DNA from: an uncultured Candidatus Saccharibacteria bacterium
GTDB taxonomy: Bacteria > Patescibacteriota > Minisyncoccia > UBA6257 > 1-14-0-10-44-23
Length of the DNA stretch: 64,000 nucleotides
Direction of reading: 5' to 3'
Assembly (NCBI GenBank): GCA_964641225.1
Contig: CAZXKC010000005.1
Coordinates: forward strand, 32,134 to 96,133
This document shows positions 45,733 to 56,542 of this stretch, in pieces. The translations under genes and the position numbers were made by a program. The notes under the pieces are model-generated. The model was not told where the DNA came from, ran no database searches, and was given only the letters and a program-made list of their open reading frames with translations. Numbering within the stretch: the first letter of the stretch is position 1; each line of letters starts with the position of its first letter.

Positions 45733-46611
45733 TTAAAGCGCCTCAATCATTTCTAAGAACGAGGGTACCTCGAGTTTGGTATTAAGATCTTTGACAGTAG
45801 AGAGAACACGGTTTAGTTTTGGTTCGTCATCTTTTTTAATTTCACACGTAATATTGAATTTCTTGGCAAAAACCTGAAGCATTTCGTACTTTGAAACAGT
45901 TGTTGAAAATACATGATAGAGTCCAGACTTTGGATATTTTCCTGGCTCAGACATTATTTTATCGCATACATTGCCAAATTCTTTGGTTGTAATACCGTTC
46001 CAAAAATGATTTGTGTATCCAGTGATTGTTTTGCCGTCCTGCTGCAAAAACCAATCTAATAATCCGGTATGACCCGCTAGTTCGCGCCCAATAATCGAAG
46101 TCCGAATAGTCAGGCACTCGGTCGGCTCGCCTAGACTCTTGGAGAGACCGTAAATATCAACAGGGGTCTTAGGAGAATTTTCGTTGTAAGGGAAACCCGT
46201 CTTGCCGTCAAAGGCGCAATCAGTTGTAATATGGATCAATTTGGAGCCCAGCTCGCGGGCAAGCACATGAGGCAAAGCACCGTTAATAAAAAACGTTAAG
46301 GCTGGGTCTTTAAGCGAAAAAGGAATGGTTACCCCGAGGGCGTTAATAGCGTAATCAAATTCGCCTACAGTTTTAAAAAAGTTTTTTAAATATTCACTTG
46401 GAGATCCTTTCTTTTCAAGAAATTCTTTGTAGAGTATCTCCGCATCAAACGTCGCTACCTTCGCGTTCTGCGCAGTGCCGTATGTATCAGTTAAGAGTTT
46501 TACTTTGCCTTGATCGCGTATAGCCAAAATGAGCTCATATCGGTCTTTAAGCACGCCATATACTGCGCTGCCAAGCATTCCCGTGGCACCAAATAATAGA
46601 ACTTTCTTCAT
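45733..46611 (-). CDS. NAD(P)-dependent sugar-nucleotide reductase, RmlD (dTDP-4-dehydrorhamnose reductase)-like
   Basis: MKKVLLFGATGMLGS Rossmann start, YGLSK catalytic motif, about 290 aa. Start taken at the internal ATG (46611). Confidence 0.65.
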   Translation of the reverse strand: MKKVLLFGATGMLGSAVYGVLKDRYELILAIRDQGKVKLLTDTYGTAQNAKVATFDAEILYKEFLEKKGSPSEYLKNFFKTVGEFDYAINALGVTIPFSLKDPALTFFINGALPHVLARELGSKLIHITTDCAFDGKTGFPYNENSPKTPVDIYGLSKSLGEPTECLTIRTSIIGRELAGHTGLLDWFLQQDGKTITGYTNHFWNGITTKEFGNVCDKIMSEPGKYPKSGLYHVFSTTVSKYEMLQVFAKKFNITCEIKKDDEPKLNRVLSTVKDLNTKLEVPSFLEMIEAL

Positions 46612-46613
46612 AT

Positions 46614-47039
46614 TTATTCTTCTAGTTTCCAATGGTTCATACCCCAGTAGTCATGAGGAAATCGGAAGTCATCATTTTTCGAATCGACAATCGTTGCTGT
46701 TGAAAAAAACAAAATTTTTGTTTGCGGGGTAATCGATCGGGTCCCGTTCGCATAGCCGCCGGGAATATGGAGAATCGAGGGCTCGTCGCTATCTAAAATA
46801 AAACGCTGCACTTTGTTTTTTGGGTTCGGTTTTTTTGCGTTGTCAACTGCTACGACACAGACTATCGCTTTACCGTGTGGCACGTACACAAATTTTTCCT
46901 CTTTCATGTGTCCATGAAATGCGCGAATTTCGTTTGAGTCTATATTTTCTATGATATAGAAACGTTTGACGCCCGAGAAATCAAATTCGTTAATGAATCC
47001 GACGCTACCTCGATGATCTTTTGCAAGGCCCCCCTTCAT
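46614..47039 (-). CDS. Cupin sugar 3,4-ketoisomerase, FdtA/QdtA (WxcM C-terminal domain)-like
   Basis: DHRGSVGFINEFDFSGVKRFYIIEN...HGH matches the FdtA family. Start trimmed to the ATG at 47039 to remove overlap with the upstream gene. Confidence 0.6.
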   Translation of the reverse strand: MKGGLAKDHRGSVGFINEFDFSGVKRFYIIENIDSNEIRAFHGHMKEEKFVYVPHGKAIVCVVAVDNAKKPNPKNKVQRFILDSDEPSILHIPGGYANGTRSITPQTKILFFSTATIVDSKNDDFRFPHDYWGMNHWKLEE

Positions 47040-47070
47040 GTGTCGGGGCAGTCTCTTTACCGAGGGCTTT

Positions 47071-48021
47071 TTAGCGGAGCGTTCCATTTTTTTCAAGGCC
47101 CTTAAGGAATTTATCATTGAAAAATATAGCCTCATCACTATAGCGAAGTCGGCCCGAGGTCACTACATCTTTAATCTGGTTAGCGCCATCGGTTATACTG
47201 TATGTTTTTTCAAACTTTAGCAGTCCGGCTTTTTGCGCTTTTGCGTTAGAAACCCGATAGTTGCGTTGGTCTTCGAATTGCATATCTACATACGTTATCT
47301 TTGCTCCAGTAAGGTCGGCTACTTCTTTTCCTAAGTCGCGCATCTGATAATTCTTGTACGATATGTTAAATACTCCTCGTTCTTTGCTTTCGAGAGCATT
47401 TATCAAAGCTTCAGCAACATTTCTGACGTGCACAAGTGGTCTCCATTGCTCACCGCCAAAAACAGACAAGCTGCCTTTTTGGATAGCATTAGCGGTCATA
47501 TAGTTAACAACTAAATCCATGCGAATACGCGAATAGGTGTCACTGACGCCATACACCGTGCCAAGACGAATACTCAGGGCATTTTTACCGTCTAAAGCCT
47601 TTTCGCCGGCCACCTTAGTTATTGCATAGAGAGAAAGCGGATTGGGCGCAGCATCTTCAGTTAATTCGCCGTTGTTTTTACCGTAGACAGAGCAGGTCGA
47701 GGTAAATACGATACGGCCGTCAAAGTTTTTTGCGAGCCACTCGATTGGTTTCTGATTTATGGCTACCGTAAGCTCCGGATTAACCTGACAGGCTCCGTCG
47801 CCGACCAGAGCAGCAAGCCAGATAACGTGTGTATAGTTAGGTAAAATTTTCTTCAGCTTTTCGGTATCTCGAATATCTCCATTGATAAAATCTACCGGTT
47901 TAAGGTATTGGTGTTCATAAACCAAATTATCATAGACCGTGAAAGGAACATTCCGCTTAGTCAAAATATCTGTTACTGCTCCGCCGATATAGCCTGCTCC
48001 GCCAACAATAAGGACTTTCAT
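47071..48021 (-). CDS. NAD-dependent epimerase/dehydratase (extended SDR)
   Basis: MKVLIVGGAGYIGG Rossmann motif, YAITK catalytic YxxxK. Start taken at the internal ATG at 48021. Confidence 0.8.
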   Translation of the reverse strand: MKVLIVGGAGYIGGAVTDILTKRNVPFTVYDNLVYEHQYLKPVDFINGDIRDTEKLKKILPNYTHVIWLAALVGDGACQVNPELTVAINQKPIEWLAKNFDGRIVFTSTCSVYGKNNGELTEDAAPNPLSLYAITKVAGEKALDGKNALSIRLGTVYGVSDTYSRIRMDLVVNYMTANAIQKGSLSVFGGEQWRPLVHVRNVAEALINALESKERGVFNISYKNYQMRDLGKEVADLTGAKITYVDMQFEDQRNYRVSNAKAQKAGLLKFEKTYSITDGANQIKDVVTSGRLRYSDEAIFFNDKFLKGLEKNGTLR

Positions 48022-48052
48022 GTATCTTATAATACTGGGTTTTGGCACGAAA

Positions 48053-49324
48053 TCAAACCGAATCATTTAATAGACTCCAACCCTTCGATAACACAAAGCG
48101 CAGCCAATACCCTGCTCCGAGAGAGGTTACAATTGCGATTAGTACGAGAACAGCAAAGAATGTTTCATTAATAATCCCAAGGTCAAATGCAACAGTAGCA
48201 AGCACAATACCTGGTCCCCCGCGAGCATTCATCGCGACACCCAGGTTGAAACTTGAACGCCAATCCTGCCCTGCTAATTTCGCCGCGATCACTGTCCCTA
48301 AAGTCTTCATGAGTACGGCCAGGGCCAAGAAACCTAAGAAAAACATCAGGTCAAAATGATGAATTAGGTCAAGTTTTAGGCCAACTACTGCAAAATATAT
48401 AGGAATGAAAAATCCAAGACCAATCTCTTTTATGTGTACTTTTACGCTAGTAATTTTTTCATTTGATGTCATCCCCACCACTATGCCTGCTAAAAACGCG
48501 CCAAAAATAATGTTAATGCTTAAAATGCTCGCAATTGCGGCAAACAGAAAGCACATAAAAAGAACATAGCCTGTTGCCGAAGATTTTATCAGTAAATTGA
48601 AACGTGATTTATTGACCCAATCAAAAAGTTTCGGTAACACCAATAAGGCAATCGCAAAAAACGCCAATGTGAGCAGTACCTTTGAAGCAATGGTTGAAAC
48701 AGAAATAGCTTGGCCGCCCGCCAAAGCAGTTGCAATGGCAAGAGCGACCCACAGCAGAACATCTTCGATGGTTGCCGTTGCCAAAACAATTTTCGCAAAG
48801 CGGGTATGTATTATGCCAAGATCTATGAATATCTTAGAAATTACCGGGATTGAAGTTACTGCAATCGCAATTGCGATTACAATAGTGAATGAAAGAACTG
48901 TTCCTTTTGCTCCCATGTATGAGGAAAAATCATACAACTTAGGAATAAACCATCCTACGACAAAAGGAATGATAGTTGCGCCGAGTAAAATTGCGCCAAT
49001 AAGTTTTTTGTCGGCTTTATTGATTGATCGTTGGATCTCAAATCCGGATATGAACATCAACAAAATCAATCCAATCCAATAAATAGTCGCAATCAGTTGC
49101 CCTTCTGAGGAAAACGCCTGGAATATCCATGTATACGCTGCCGGAAATAAGAATCCGAGCACGGTTGGCCCTAGTACAAGCCCGCCAATAATTTCTCCGA
49201 TAACTTTAGGAATACCAAATAGCCGCTGAAAAAGATACCCGAAACCATGAGCAGAGGCAAGAAGCAGGACTAGCGCAAAAAATACCCGTGTGAGTTCGAA
49301 TTCGCTCAAAGTAATACCAGGCAT
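48053..49324 (-). CDS. Cation:proton antiporter (CPA family Na+/H+ or K+/H+ exchanger)
   Basis: 423 aa, about 12 TM, N-terminal GEIIGGLVLGP motif typical of KefB/NhaP-type exchangers. Confidence 0.8.
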   Translation of the reverse strand: MPGITLSEFELTRVFFALVLLLASAHGFGYLFQRLFGIPKVIGEIIGGLVLGPTVLGFLFPAAYTWIFQAFSSEGQLIATIYWIGLILLMFISGFEIQRSINKADKKLIGAILLGATIIPFVVGWFIPKLYDFSSYMGAKGTVLSFTIVIAIAIAVTSIPVISKIFIDLGIIHTRFAKIVLATATIEDVLLWVALAIATALAGGQAISVSTIASKVLLTLAFFAIALLVLPKLFDWVNKSRFNLLIKSSATGYVLFMCFLFAAIASILSINIIFGAFLAGIVVGMTSNEKITSVKVHIKEIGLGFFIPIYFAVVGLKLDLIHHFDLMFFLGFLALAVLMKTLGTVIAAKLAGQDWRSSFNLGVAMNARGGPGIVLATVAFDLGIINETFFAVLVLIAIVTSLGAGYWLRFVLSKGWSLLNDSV

Positions 49325-49333
49325 AGTTTTTAC

Positions 49334-49744
49334 CTAGCGCCAGGCGGCCAGAATGAATCCAGAAATGACAAGGGCTACTAAATAGTACCCGCTGTTGAGC
49401 CAGAAAAGCTTCATTGATTTGCGTTCATAGAGAACCATATTGATCATGGTGCAGGCGATGAAACCAAGCCAGATCGTTGCTCCCAAAAGCGCACCGCACC
49501 AGACCGTAAATTCAGGCGCAGCGGACGCGGCCGAGATAAACATTGCAAATACAATATTCATCACTAAGGCGCTCAGGCCGCCCCACATCATCGCCTTCAT
49601 ACCCTCTTTCTTGCTGCCACCATCCATACTTTGGCCAGAGAGCGCCATCCAAGTTTTCCCAAATAATGGTCCGTACCATGCCCATCCAAGGAAGTGCATT
49701 ACTAATGCTGCTACTATAACTGCCCACCAATTAAGGATCATCAT
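49334..49744 (-). CDS. DUF1761-like membrane protein
   Basis: 136 aa, 4 TM; assigned from the overall pattern only. Confidence 0.4.
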   Translation of the reverse strand: MMILNWWAVIVAALVMHFLGWAWYGPLFGKTWMALSGQSMDGGSKKEGMKAMMWGGLSALVMNIVFAMFISAASAAPEFTVWCGALLGATIWLGFIACTMINMVLYERKSMKLFWLNSGYYLVALVISGFILAAWR

Positions 49745-49923
49745 GAATTTTAAAAATAAATTTAATTACTTTTGATTATACACTTTTTATTTAGTCTTTC
49801 CAGTTCCACCATTTTAACTTTTGCGGATTTTTATTGCGCAGCTGTTCAATGTGAATAATCCCAAGCCGATTAAGATCGCCGGCGATAATTTTACCAACTC
49901 CCGGAATAATCTCTAATTCACTT

Positions 49924-50556
49924 TTACTCCTCATCGCTATAGTCAACTAGCTTGTCGATAGGACTTGGGATTAAATAGAGCAGCGGCACGATCAAATAGA
50001 TCACCTTGGCTATCCACGGACTAATAAAGGAAAAAATAATTGCAATGATATAGATGCTTGGTGCAAGTAAGATTGCTTTGCGGCCCAGTGAAATAAGTGC
50101 CGGACTCAGAGTCGGACTAACAAGCCGGTGATGCGCTGATGCGTAATACCACAAGAGCGCAAAGATAAGACCTGTTAACGCCAAAACAGCGCCGTAGACG
50201 GCTAATGCAGTAGGCTCGTCGCGGTATTCACCGATAAGCGCTGCAACGAATGGAATTGTGGAAATAAACATCAGAAGCAGCGTGTTGAGGAACAATAAGA
50301 TTCTGTCGGAGCGTTTTATGTAGTGAAACATAATATGATGCCCTATCCAGAAAATGCCGATGACGGCAAAGCTCACAACGTATGCATGGATTTTGGGCCA
50401 AAGCATCCACAGGGCCTGCCAAAGATCTCCACCGTGTTCAATTGCCGGAACTTTTACCTCAAGAATAAGCAAGGTGATCGCAACCGCAAAAACTCCGTCA
50501 CTAAAGGCTTCAATGCGATTAGTTGAAAGACCGCGTTGTTTACGCACTGCTTCCAT
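49924..50556 (-). CDS. TMEM175/DUF1211 family potassium channel-like membrane protein
   Basis: Signature RIEAFSDGVFAVAITLLILE at the N-terminus (RxxxFSDGVFAxAxTLL). Confidence 0.7.
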   Translation of the reverse strand: MEAVRKQRGLSTNRIEAFSDGVFAVAITLLILEVKVPAIEHGGDLWQALWMLWPKIHAYVVSFAVIGIFWIGHHIMFHYIKRSDRILLFLNTLLLMFISTIPFVAALIGEYRDEPTALAVYGAVLALTGLIFALLWYYASAHHRLVSPTLSPALISLGRKAILLAPSIYIIAIIFSFISPWIAKVIYLIVPLLYLIPSPIDKLVDYSDEE

Positions 50557-50557
50557 A

Positions 50558-51145
50558 TTATTTTCCAGCGTTTTCAGTCGTTACGTCTACAAGATTTCCA
50601 GCAACAATCTTTCCGTAAAATGATTTACCAATCGTTGGTTTTGCAGAAAAAGGTTCCTCCGCCTTCCGATCGGCATAATTAGCTATCAGTAAACCATCTC
50701 GAATCTCAACTGTTTGAGGCGCGATTCGGTCGCCAATGAAAATTGCGTTTGTACCCATATAACCGCTGCCGACATTTATAGCCGCAGCAACATAATAAAA
50801 AGTGCCGGTGCCACCTGGATTTACCTGGAGCATAACAGCAGCGTCCATATCACCATCCTTATCTAAATCCCCGACTGTTGGCGTGCCGAAAAGTTTAGCG
50901 GTAATTTCTGGTGCTTGGCCCGCTGAATCTATTTCACCCTGCTGCGTCGCTACTCCGTTTGTCAGCGTAAACGCAGTGCCATCAATTATGTAGCGCGCGT
51001 TTTCCGGGCTTGCTGGTGCAACTATTTTTCCTGTGTCATCGGGCTTTGGCGGAGCCACAGTTTGCGTTGTTTTTCCGGGAGCCAAGATAATTACTAAAAC
51101 GACTACGGCTGCGAGAATCGCGATACCCCACAATAATTTTTTCAT
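50558..51145 (-). CDS. Secreted/lipoprotein-like hypothetical protein with FG-GAP-like DxDxDG segment
   Basis: N-terminal signal/TM MKKLLWGIAILAAVVVLVIILA; DLDKDGDMD calcium-binding-like motif. Confidence 0.45.
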   Translation of the reverse strand: MKKLLWGIAILAAVVVLVIILAPGKTTQTVAPPKPDDTGKIVAPASPENARYIIDGTAFTLTNGVATQQGEIDSAGQAPEITAKLFGTPTVGDLDKDGDMDAAVMLQVNPGGTGTFYYVAAAINVGSGYMGTNAIFIGDRIAPQTVEIRDGLLIANYADRKAEEPFSAKPTIGKSFYGKIVAGNLVDVTTENAGK

Positions 51146-51170
51146 TTTTTTAATTTATTAATTTATGTTG

Positions 51171-51255
51171 CGGTGAGGGCGAGATTCGAACTCGCGGATC
51201 CTTTCGGATCACACGCTTTCCAAGCGTGCGCACTAGACCACTATGCGACCCCACC
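51171..51255 (-). tRNA. tRNA-Ser (anticodon GGA), long variable arm
   Basis: Reverse complement: GGTGGGG...anticodon stem-loop CACGC-TTGGAAA-GCGTG, variable arm TGATCCGAAAGGATC, T-arm GCGAG-TTCGAAT-CTCGC, acceptor CCTCACC + G. Confidence 0.85.
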
Positions 51256-51338
51256 AACGTACGCATAGCTTATCGCAAACTTCGCTTCATGGCAAAATGT
51301 AACGTAAGTTCGAACCTATACGTTATTCTTATACTACT

Positions 51339-51968
51339 ATGAATACTAAAAATATTTTAATCAGCATTGCTGTTATTCTTACGCTTTTTGGAATCTACCA
51401 GTTTTCCAACAGGCAAAAGTCCGTAATTCCTACGATAAGCACAGAAGAGCCGACAAATTTCTCGAAACTTGGTTTTTTGTCTTTTCCTACTGCTAAGGAC
51501 AGGGGTCAGGATACTATTTATTTTTCTTACGTAAGCTCTTTGGGGGCTCCGACTACGACTATGGAGCTTTCACTTGATAGTCAAAGCGTCTGCGCAGGCC
51601 GGACAGGCGCATTACCGTGCATGGCGATGAGCATCCAATTTAGTCTTGCTTTTAGCGGCAAGAAAGCAATTGTTGAAGGAATTGATAAAGGAGCACGGCT
51701 GACCGTACGCAACTTGCGTGTACTTGATGAGCTTTCTACAGATTTTGTGCCCGAAATTGGTCGCGTGTATATCCCTTGGATGCAAGCCCGCAATATGATG
51801 GCGCAGTGCCAAATTTCAAAAGTAATGCAAGCTCACACCTTGGACATCAAAATGATAACAAAGGATAATCAAACGCTCTATGCACTGGAGCCTGTCCTTG
51901 ATGAGGTGTTCAAAACACTCCAAGAATACGAACCAACCTGCGGTCCGGTTATATTGGGGACTGAATAA
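51339..51968 (+). CDS. Secreted hypothetical protein (signal peptide)
   Basis: MNTKNILISIAVILTLFGIYQFS N-terminal hydrophobic segment; 209 aa. Confidence 0.45.
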   Translation: MNTKNILISIAVILTLFGIYQFSNRQKSVIPTISTEEPTNFSKLGFLSFPTAKDRGQDTIYFSYVSSLGAPTTTMELSLDSQSVCAGRTGALPCMAMSIQFSLAFSGKKAIVEGIDKGARLTVRNLRVLDELSTDFVPEIGRVYIPWMQARNMMAQCQISKVMQAHTLDIKMITKDNQTLYALEPVLDEVFKTLQEYEPTCGPVILGTE

Positions 51969-51969
51969 G

Positions 51970-52674
51970 CTAAGGATGAATCAACGTTCCACTGGCCTGC
52001 GCACCACTAATCATTGCATGCAGATTTGGCAGGTCTGTACCGCTGGCAATCAAAACACTTAGCTTCAATTCACGGGCCTCTTTAGCGGCAATTGGATCAA
52101 ATGGTGCATTCATCCCGGGCTTCCACTGACTTGGAATAATTTTTACATATGCTTCCCAGGAAAGATCAGCGAATTTTGTAGCATCGGGGTTTGTTCGCGG
52201 GTCTGCAGAATAGACAAAATCCGCTGTTCCGAGATTAATAATTGCCGCGGCTCCATAGTGGGCGGCTAACAACACCGCATCGTGATCCGAAGAGCGCCCA
52301 GGGATATAACCCGAACCCACAACTACGGGCATAGTAACTTTTGGCGGCGCGGTTGGATTTTCAATGATCTCCGGATGTGCAATATCAGAGATTGAGGCGC
52401 GGAGTAATTGGGCATTAATTCGAGTACTGGCAATTCCTACCCAATCAAGATCATCACTCGTCGGCTTACCAATCGCCGAGGCGGCGTCTTGATATATTCT
52501 GCAAATCTTTCCGCCACCGGTAACAATCACAAAACGATACCCCTGCGAAACATATGTACGAATTTCAGCAGTGAATGTTTTCAAGTATTCAATATCTAAA
52601 CCATTAACGGTGGAAAAATTAGATCCGCCAAGAGAGATAATAATTGGTTTACTTTTATCAAAGGTATAGTTCAT
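51970..52674 (-). CDS. pyrH: UMP kinase, archaeal-type amino-acid-kinase family
   Basis: IISLGGS, VIVTGGGKICRIY, AAHYGAAAIINLGTADFVYSADP and PFDPIAAKEA motifs align with archaeal-type UMPK. Confidence 0.65.
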   Translation of the reverse strand: MNYTFDKSKPIIISLGGSNFSTVNGLDIEYLKTFTAEIRTYVSQGYRFVIVTGGGKICRIYQDAASAIGKPTSDDLDWVGIASTRINAQLLRASISDIAHPEIIENPTAPPKVTMPVVVGSGYIPGRSSDHDAVLLAAHYGAAAIINLGTADFVYSADPRTNPDATKFADLSWEAYVKIIPSQWKPGMNAPFDPIAAKEARELKLSVLIASGTDLPNLHAMISGAQASGTLIHP

Positions 52675-52675
52675 A

Positions 52676-52993
52676 TTAATAGGTTTTTGGCCAAAATATA
52701 AAGAATGCTGCCATCGTAATGGCTAAAATTATAAAGAAAGTTGCTAAAATCATAACTTCTCGTTTTGATTTTGCGGGGCGACTCTTAAACTCACCGGACA
52801 GCTCTATAGGCTGAGCAAATCGGCCAATAAAAACAAATGCTATGACAATTGAAACGAGCGGATAATAAGGACGACGACCTGATGTGAGTATCCCGGCGGT
52901 ATCAAAAAAATAAGCAGCTAAAAGCACTATAAAAGCTATAGCTAACAGCCAACGAGCGATCTTTATGAGTTGAGGCAACTTTAGCCCAGTCAT
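52676..52993 (-). CDS. Small hypothetical membrane protein (3 TM)
   Basis: 105-aa hydrophobic ORF. Confidence 0.4.
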   Translation of the reverse strand: MTGLKLPQLIKIARWLLAIAFIVLLAAYFFDTAGILTSGRRPYYPLVSIVIAFVFIGRFAQPIELSGEFKSRPAKSKREVMILATFFIILAITMAAFFIFWPKTY

Positions 52994-53041
52994 AGTGACA
53001 GTATAACAAAACCGTAGCTTTACGCTACGGTTTTGTTATAC

Positions 53042-54676
53042 CTACATCATTCCTCCCATGCCGCCCATACTTGGTCCTGCAGGAACTTCAGCTTTTGGAA
53101 TTTCGGTTACCGCGGCACCAATCATCAAGTAGTTACTGGCTACTGAAAGCGCACTCGTAAATGCAGTTTTAGTAACTTTAAGCGGATCGATAATGCCGGC
53201 ACTCTTTAGGTCGCCAATCTCGTTAGTGATTGCATTAAATCCAGACCAGGACTGTTCATTTCTGCGCGTACGAAGCTTAGCCATAATACCCGTCGCAGAC
53301 TCACCGCTATTTGTTGTGATAGCCACGATAGGAGCCTCTAGGGCGCGCATAAGGATCGTATGAGCCGCCTTTGCCACATCACTGCCATTTGCCTGTTTAA
53401 GGTGCAATGTAACGTTAAACAAGGCAATACCGCCACCTGGGACAATTCCCTCCTCCATGGCTGCTCGAGTGGCCGCTACGGCGTCCTCAACACGTTGCTT
53501 GAGCTCTTTTTGCGCACTTTCGGTTGGGGCACCGACTTTAATAACGGCAACACCGCCCGAGAGCTTTCCGAGGCGCTCCTGCAACTTTTCTTTATCATAA
53601 CTTGATTCGGTCTTTTTAACCTGCGCTTTGAGTTCAGCAACCCGTGCGTCAATCACTTTTCGATCACCTTTTCCTCCCACAACCGTTGCGTTGTCTTTGG
53701 TTGCAACAACACGGTGAGCACGACCAAGCTGCTCAAGTGTTACGTTTTCGAGTTTCTTACCAAGTTCATCAGTAATAAATTCTGCGCCGGTGACGATTGC
53801 AATATCATTTAGTGTTGCCTTCTTGCTGTCACCAAAACCCGGTGCTTTGATAGCCAAAACATTAAATGTACCGCGCAACTTGTTGACGATAAGCGTTGTG
53901 AGCGCCTCGCCATCAACGTCATCGGCGATAATAACCATATCCTTCTTGCCGCTTTCAATTATTTTCTCCAGCGTCGGCAAAATTTCTTTAATTGAAGAGA
54001 TTTTCTTGTCGGTTACCAAAATATAGGGATCCTCAAGCGCGGCCTCCATACGCTGTGCATCGGTGATCATATATTGACTGATAAAACCCTTATCAAATTG
54101 CATACCCTCAACTAAATCGTAGGAGTTTGCGATCGTGTTTGCGTCTTCGATCGTGACAACACCCTCTTTGCCGACTTTACTCATTACTTCGGCAATTAAT
54201 TTGCCAATTTCTCGATCTTTAGCAGAAAGCGTGGCCACCTCTTCAACTTTTTTATTGTCGTTGATAAGTTCTCGCTGACTTTCCAGGTTTTTGATAACTT
54301 TTTCAGCGCCTGCTTTAAGTTCCTCAGCAAGTTGAATGACATTGAATCCTTTTTCGTGGATGGCCTTTTCGCCCTCCTCGATCATCGCGTGTGCCAAAAC
54401 AACAGAGGTGGTTGTACCATCACCAACGTTATCATTGGTTTTATCTGCCGCCTGCTTAATAAAATCAGCACCAAGATTTTCAAATTTATCCTCAAGTTCG
54501 ATTTCTTTTGCGACAGTGACGCCATCAAACGTAACCATCGGCGCACCATAACCTTTTTCAATAACTACCGCGCGGCCGCGTGGCCCAAGCGTCATTTTGA
54601 CCGCTTCAGCGAGTTTATCAATACCTTTCTTAATAGAAGCGCGCGCCTCTTCGTTAAATCGAATGTTCTTTGCCAT
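53042..54676 (-). CDS. groL: Chaperonin GroEL
   Basis: 544 aa, canonical GroEL sequence throughout (AVKAPGFGDRRKA-like region, C-terminal GGM repeats MGGMGGMM). Confidence 0.95.
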   Translation of the reverse strand: MAKNIRFNEEARASIKKGIDKLAEAVKMTLGPRGRAVVIEKGYGAPMVTFDGVTVAKEIELEDKFENLGADFIKQAADKTNDNVGDGTTTSVVLAHAMIEEGEKAIHEKGFNVIQLAEELKAGAEKVIKNLESQRELINDNKKVEEVATLSAKDREIGKLIAEVMSKVGKEGVVTIEDANTIANSYDLVEGMQFDKGFISQYMITDAQRMEAALEDPYILVTDKKISSIKEILPTLEKIIESGKKDMVIIADDVDGEALTTLIVNKLRGTFNVLAIKAPGFGDSKKATLNDIAIVTGAEFITDELGKKLENVTLEQLGRAHRVVATKDNATVVGGKGDRKVIDARVAELKAQVKKTESSYDKEKLQERLGKLSGGVAVIKVGAPTESAQKELKQRVEDAVAATRAAMEEGIVPGGGIALFNVTLHLKQANGSDVAKAAHTILMRALEAPIVAITTNSGESATGIMAKLRTRRNEQSWSGFNAITNEIGDLKSAGIIDPLKVTKTAFTSALSVASNYLMIGAAVTEIPKAEVPAGPSMGGMGGMM

Positions 54677-54677
54677 A

Positions 54678-54965
54678 TTAGTTCAGTATTGCTAGTACAT
54701 CGTCTTCATCTCCGACCAGATATTTTTTACCTTCAATTTCAATTTCATCGGGGCCGTATTTTTTGAACAACACAGAATCACCTACCTTAGCGGTCATAGC
54801 TACAAGCTTACCGTCAACTATTTTGCCGGGACCTGTGGCAATAACTTTGCCGATCATCGGCTTTTCATTGGCGCTAGAATCAGGCAGCACAATGCCGCTT
54901 TTTGTGGTTTTTTCTGCGCTGATCGGTTCAATGAATAACCGGTTAGAAAGAGGTTTAAAATTCAT
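54678..54965 (-). CDS. groS: Co-chaperonin GroES
   Basis: 95 aa; MNFKPLSNRLFIEP...mobile-loop region; immediately upstream of groEL. Confidence 0.9.
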   Translation of the reverse strand: MNFKPLSNRLFIEPISAEKTTKSGIVLPDSSANEKPMIGKVIATGPGKIVDGKLVAMTAKVGDSVLFKKYGPDEIEIEGKKYLVGDEDDVLAILN

Positions 54966-55043
54966 ACATTTTTAAATAAAAATTAAACTACTTTAATAAA
55001 GTAGTAGGATTATAATCGATTTTTCAGGGATGTCAATTTGAAA

Positions 55044-55523
55044 TTATGTATGCCCGAACAGCTTTAGCAACTTGAGCAGGTCATACCTGCTGACAATGCC
55101 GACTAGTTTCTTATTTTCATCAACAACGGGTACGGGGTTAATCCGGTGGTGCTGATTAAATATGGCGAGGGCCGCTTCAAAGTTTTCATCATACCTAAGC
55201 GTAAGCGGCTCTTTCTCCATAACATCAGAAACTTTAAGAGCGGCTGTTTTTCTTACTTGGTCGCTTAGAAATTGTAATTCGCTTGGTTCTATATTCGGAT
55301 TTTTAGAAACCTTCTCGAGTGTTGGTACGTGCAATAGCGACTCCGAGGCAATCAAGTTATATTGAGTGACCAAACCGACAAGCTCGCCTTTTTCGTTAAG
55401 TACCGGTAATCCGTTAAAGTGTTTTTCGCTGAGAATTTTAAAAACGTCTAAAATACTCGCCTCAGGCGTAGTCGATATTACATCCCCTGTCATAATGTCG
55501 CGGACTAGGGTTACGGGATCCAT
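55044..55523 (-). CDS. CBS-pair domain protein
   Basis: Two tandem CBS motifs (VRDIMTGDVISTTPE..., VSDVMEKEPLTLR...). Confidence 0.75.
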   Translation of the reverse strand: MDPVTLVRDIMTGDVISTTPEASILDVFKILSEKHFNGLPVLNEKGELVGLVTQYNLIASESLLHVPTLEKVSKNPNIEPSELQFLSDQVRKTAALKVSDVMEKEPLTLRYDENFEAALAIFNQHHRINPVPVVDENKKLVGIVSRYDLLKLLKLFGHT

Positions 55524-55574
55524 TATAGGAACTATAACACCCTCTTGCCGGCAAACAGATGGGGATAACTATAC

Positions 55575-56534
55575 CTACCCCGGATCACGCAAAGATCCTA
55601 TGAGGTGATTGTGGTGCAAATATTCGTAAATACTCAGAAGAGCCTTTACCGCGTCGCCTGCCGAGATATTGTTCTGCTTGTAGAGCACGTCAGAAACGTC
55701 GCCCGCGGCCCAAATGCCCTGCTGCGAGCTTATCTGAGTTTTATGATCGACAATAATTTCTCCGATTGGATTAAGGCTCACGAGCCCTTTAACAAAATCA
55801 GAGTTTGGGAGCGATCCAATTTCAACAAAAAACCCTTGGATTGCTAATTCTTTGGTTTCTCCCGAAACTTTGTCTTGATAGCGAACTCCCGTAACAGTTT
55901 TCTCTCCAAGTATCTCTTGGCTGACTGCGTTATACAAAATAGTAACCTTCGGATGACTTTTTATCTTTTCTTGAGTGACCGCATCACCCTTCATCTCAGT
56001 GCTGCGAACAAGTAGATAAATCTTGTTCGCATACGGAATTGAATCAACAACAGCTTCAAGGGCTGCGTTGCCAGCACCAACGATGGCTACGTCTTTACCC
56101 TTAAACAGCGGCGCATCGCACGTCGAACAAAACACAACGCCCTTGCCATCTAAACGATCCTCGCCCGGGATTCCGAGTCGGCGGCGCCTGCTTCCGCTGG
56201 TTGCCAAAATTGTTTTGGCCTCAAACGTTTTGCCGGTGTTGGTCGTAACTAAAAAATGACCTTTTGGTGGGCCACCGTCTATTTTTGTTACCGAAACTAC
56301 TCTTTGCCCATCGATAATCTCAATGCCATGAGCACGAACGTGCTCTTCTAGGTCCTGAGCAAGCTTAAGCCCTGAGATGGCTTTTGTGCCTACCCAGTTG
56401 TAAATTTCATTTGAAACAATTGACTGGCCGCCAAATGTTTCAGTAACAAGGGCGGTTTTAATTTGCTTACGGCCGGCATATACACCGGCAGCAACCGCTG
56501 CGGGTCCGCCTCCTATAATGAGGAGCTCATACAT
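55575..56534 (-). CDS. trxB: Thioredoxin-disulfide reductase
   Basis: FAD motif LIIGGGPAAVAAGVYA, redox-active CSTCD (CxxC), NADPH motif VAIVGAGNAALE. Confidence 0.85.
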   Translation of the reverse strand: MYELLIIGGGPAAVAAGVYAGRKQIKTALVTETFGGQSIVSNEIYNWVGTKAISGLKLAQDLEEHVRAHGIEIIDGQRVVSVTKIDGGPPKGHFLVTTNTGKTFEAKTILATSGSRRRRLGIPGEDRLDGKGVVFCSTCDAPLFKGKDVAIVGAGNAALEAVVDSIPYANKIYLLVRSTEMKGDAVTQEKIKSHPKVTILYNAVSQEILGEKTVTGVRYQDKVSGETKELAIQGFFVEIGSLPNSDFVKGLVSLNPIGEIIVDHKTQISSQQGIWAAGDVSDVLYKQNNISAGDAVKALLSIYEYLHHNHLIGSLRDPG

Positions 56535-56542
56535 ATACGGAG

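Noticed and set aside
53360-54766. Multiple 60-140 aa ORFs antisense to or within groEL/groES
   Set aside because: They fall inside a highly conserved chaperonin gene and are shadow ORFs.
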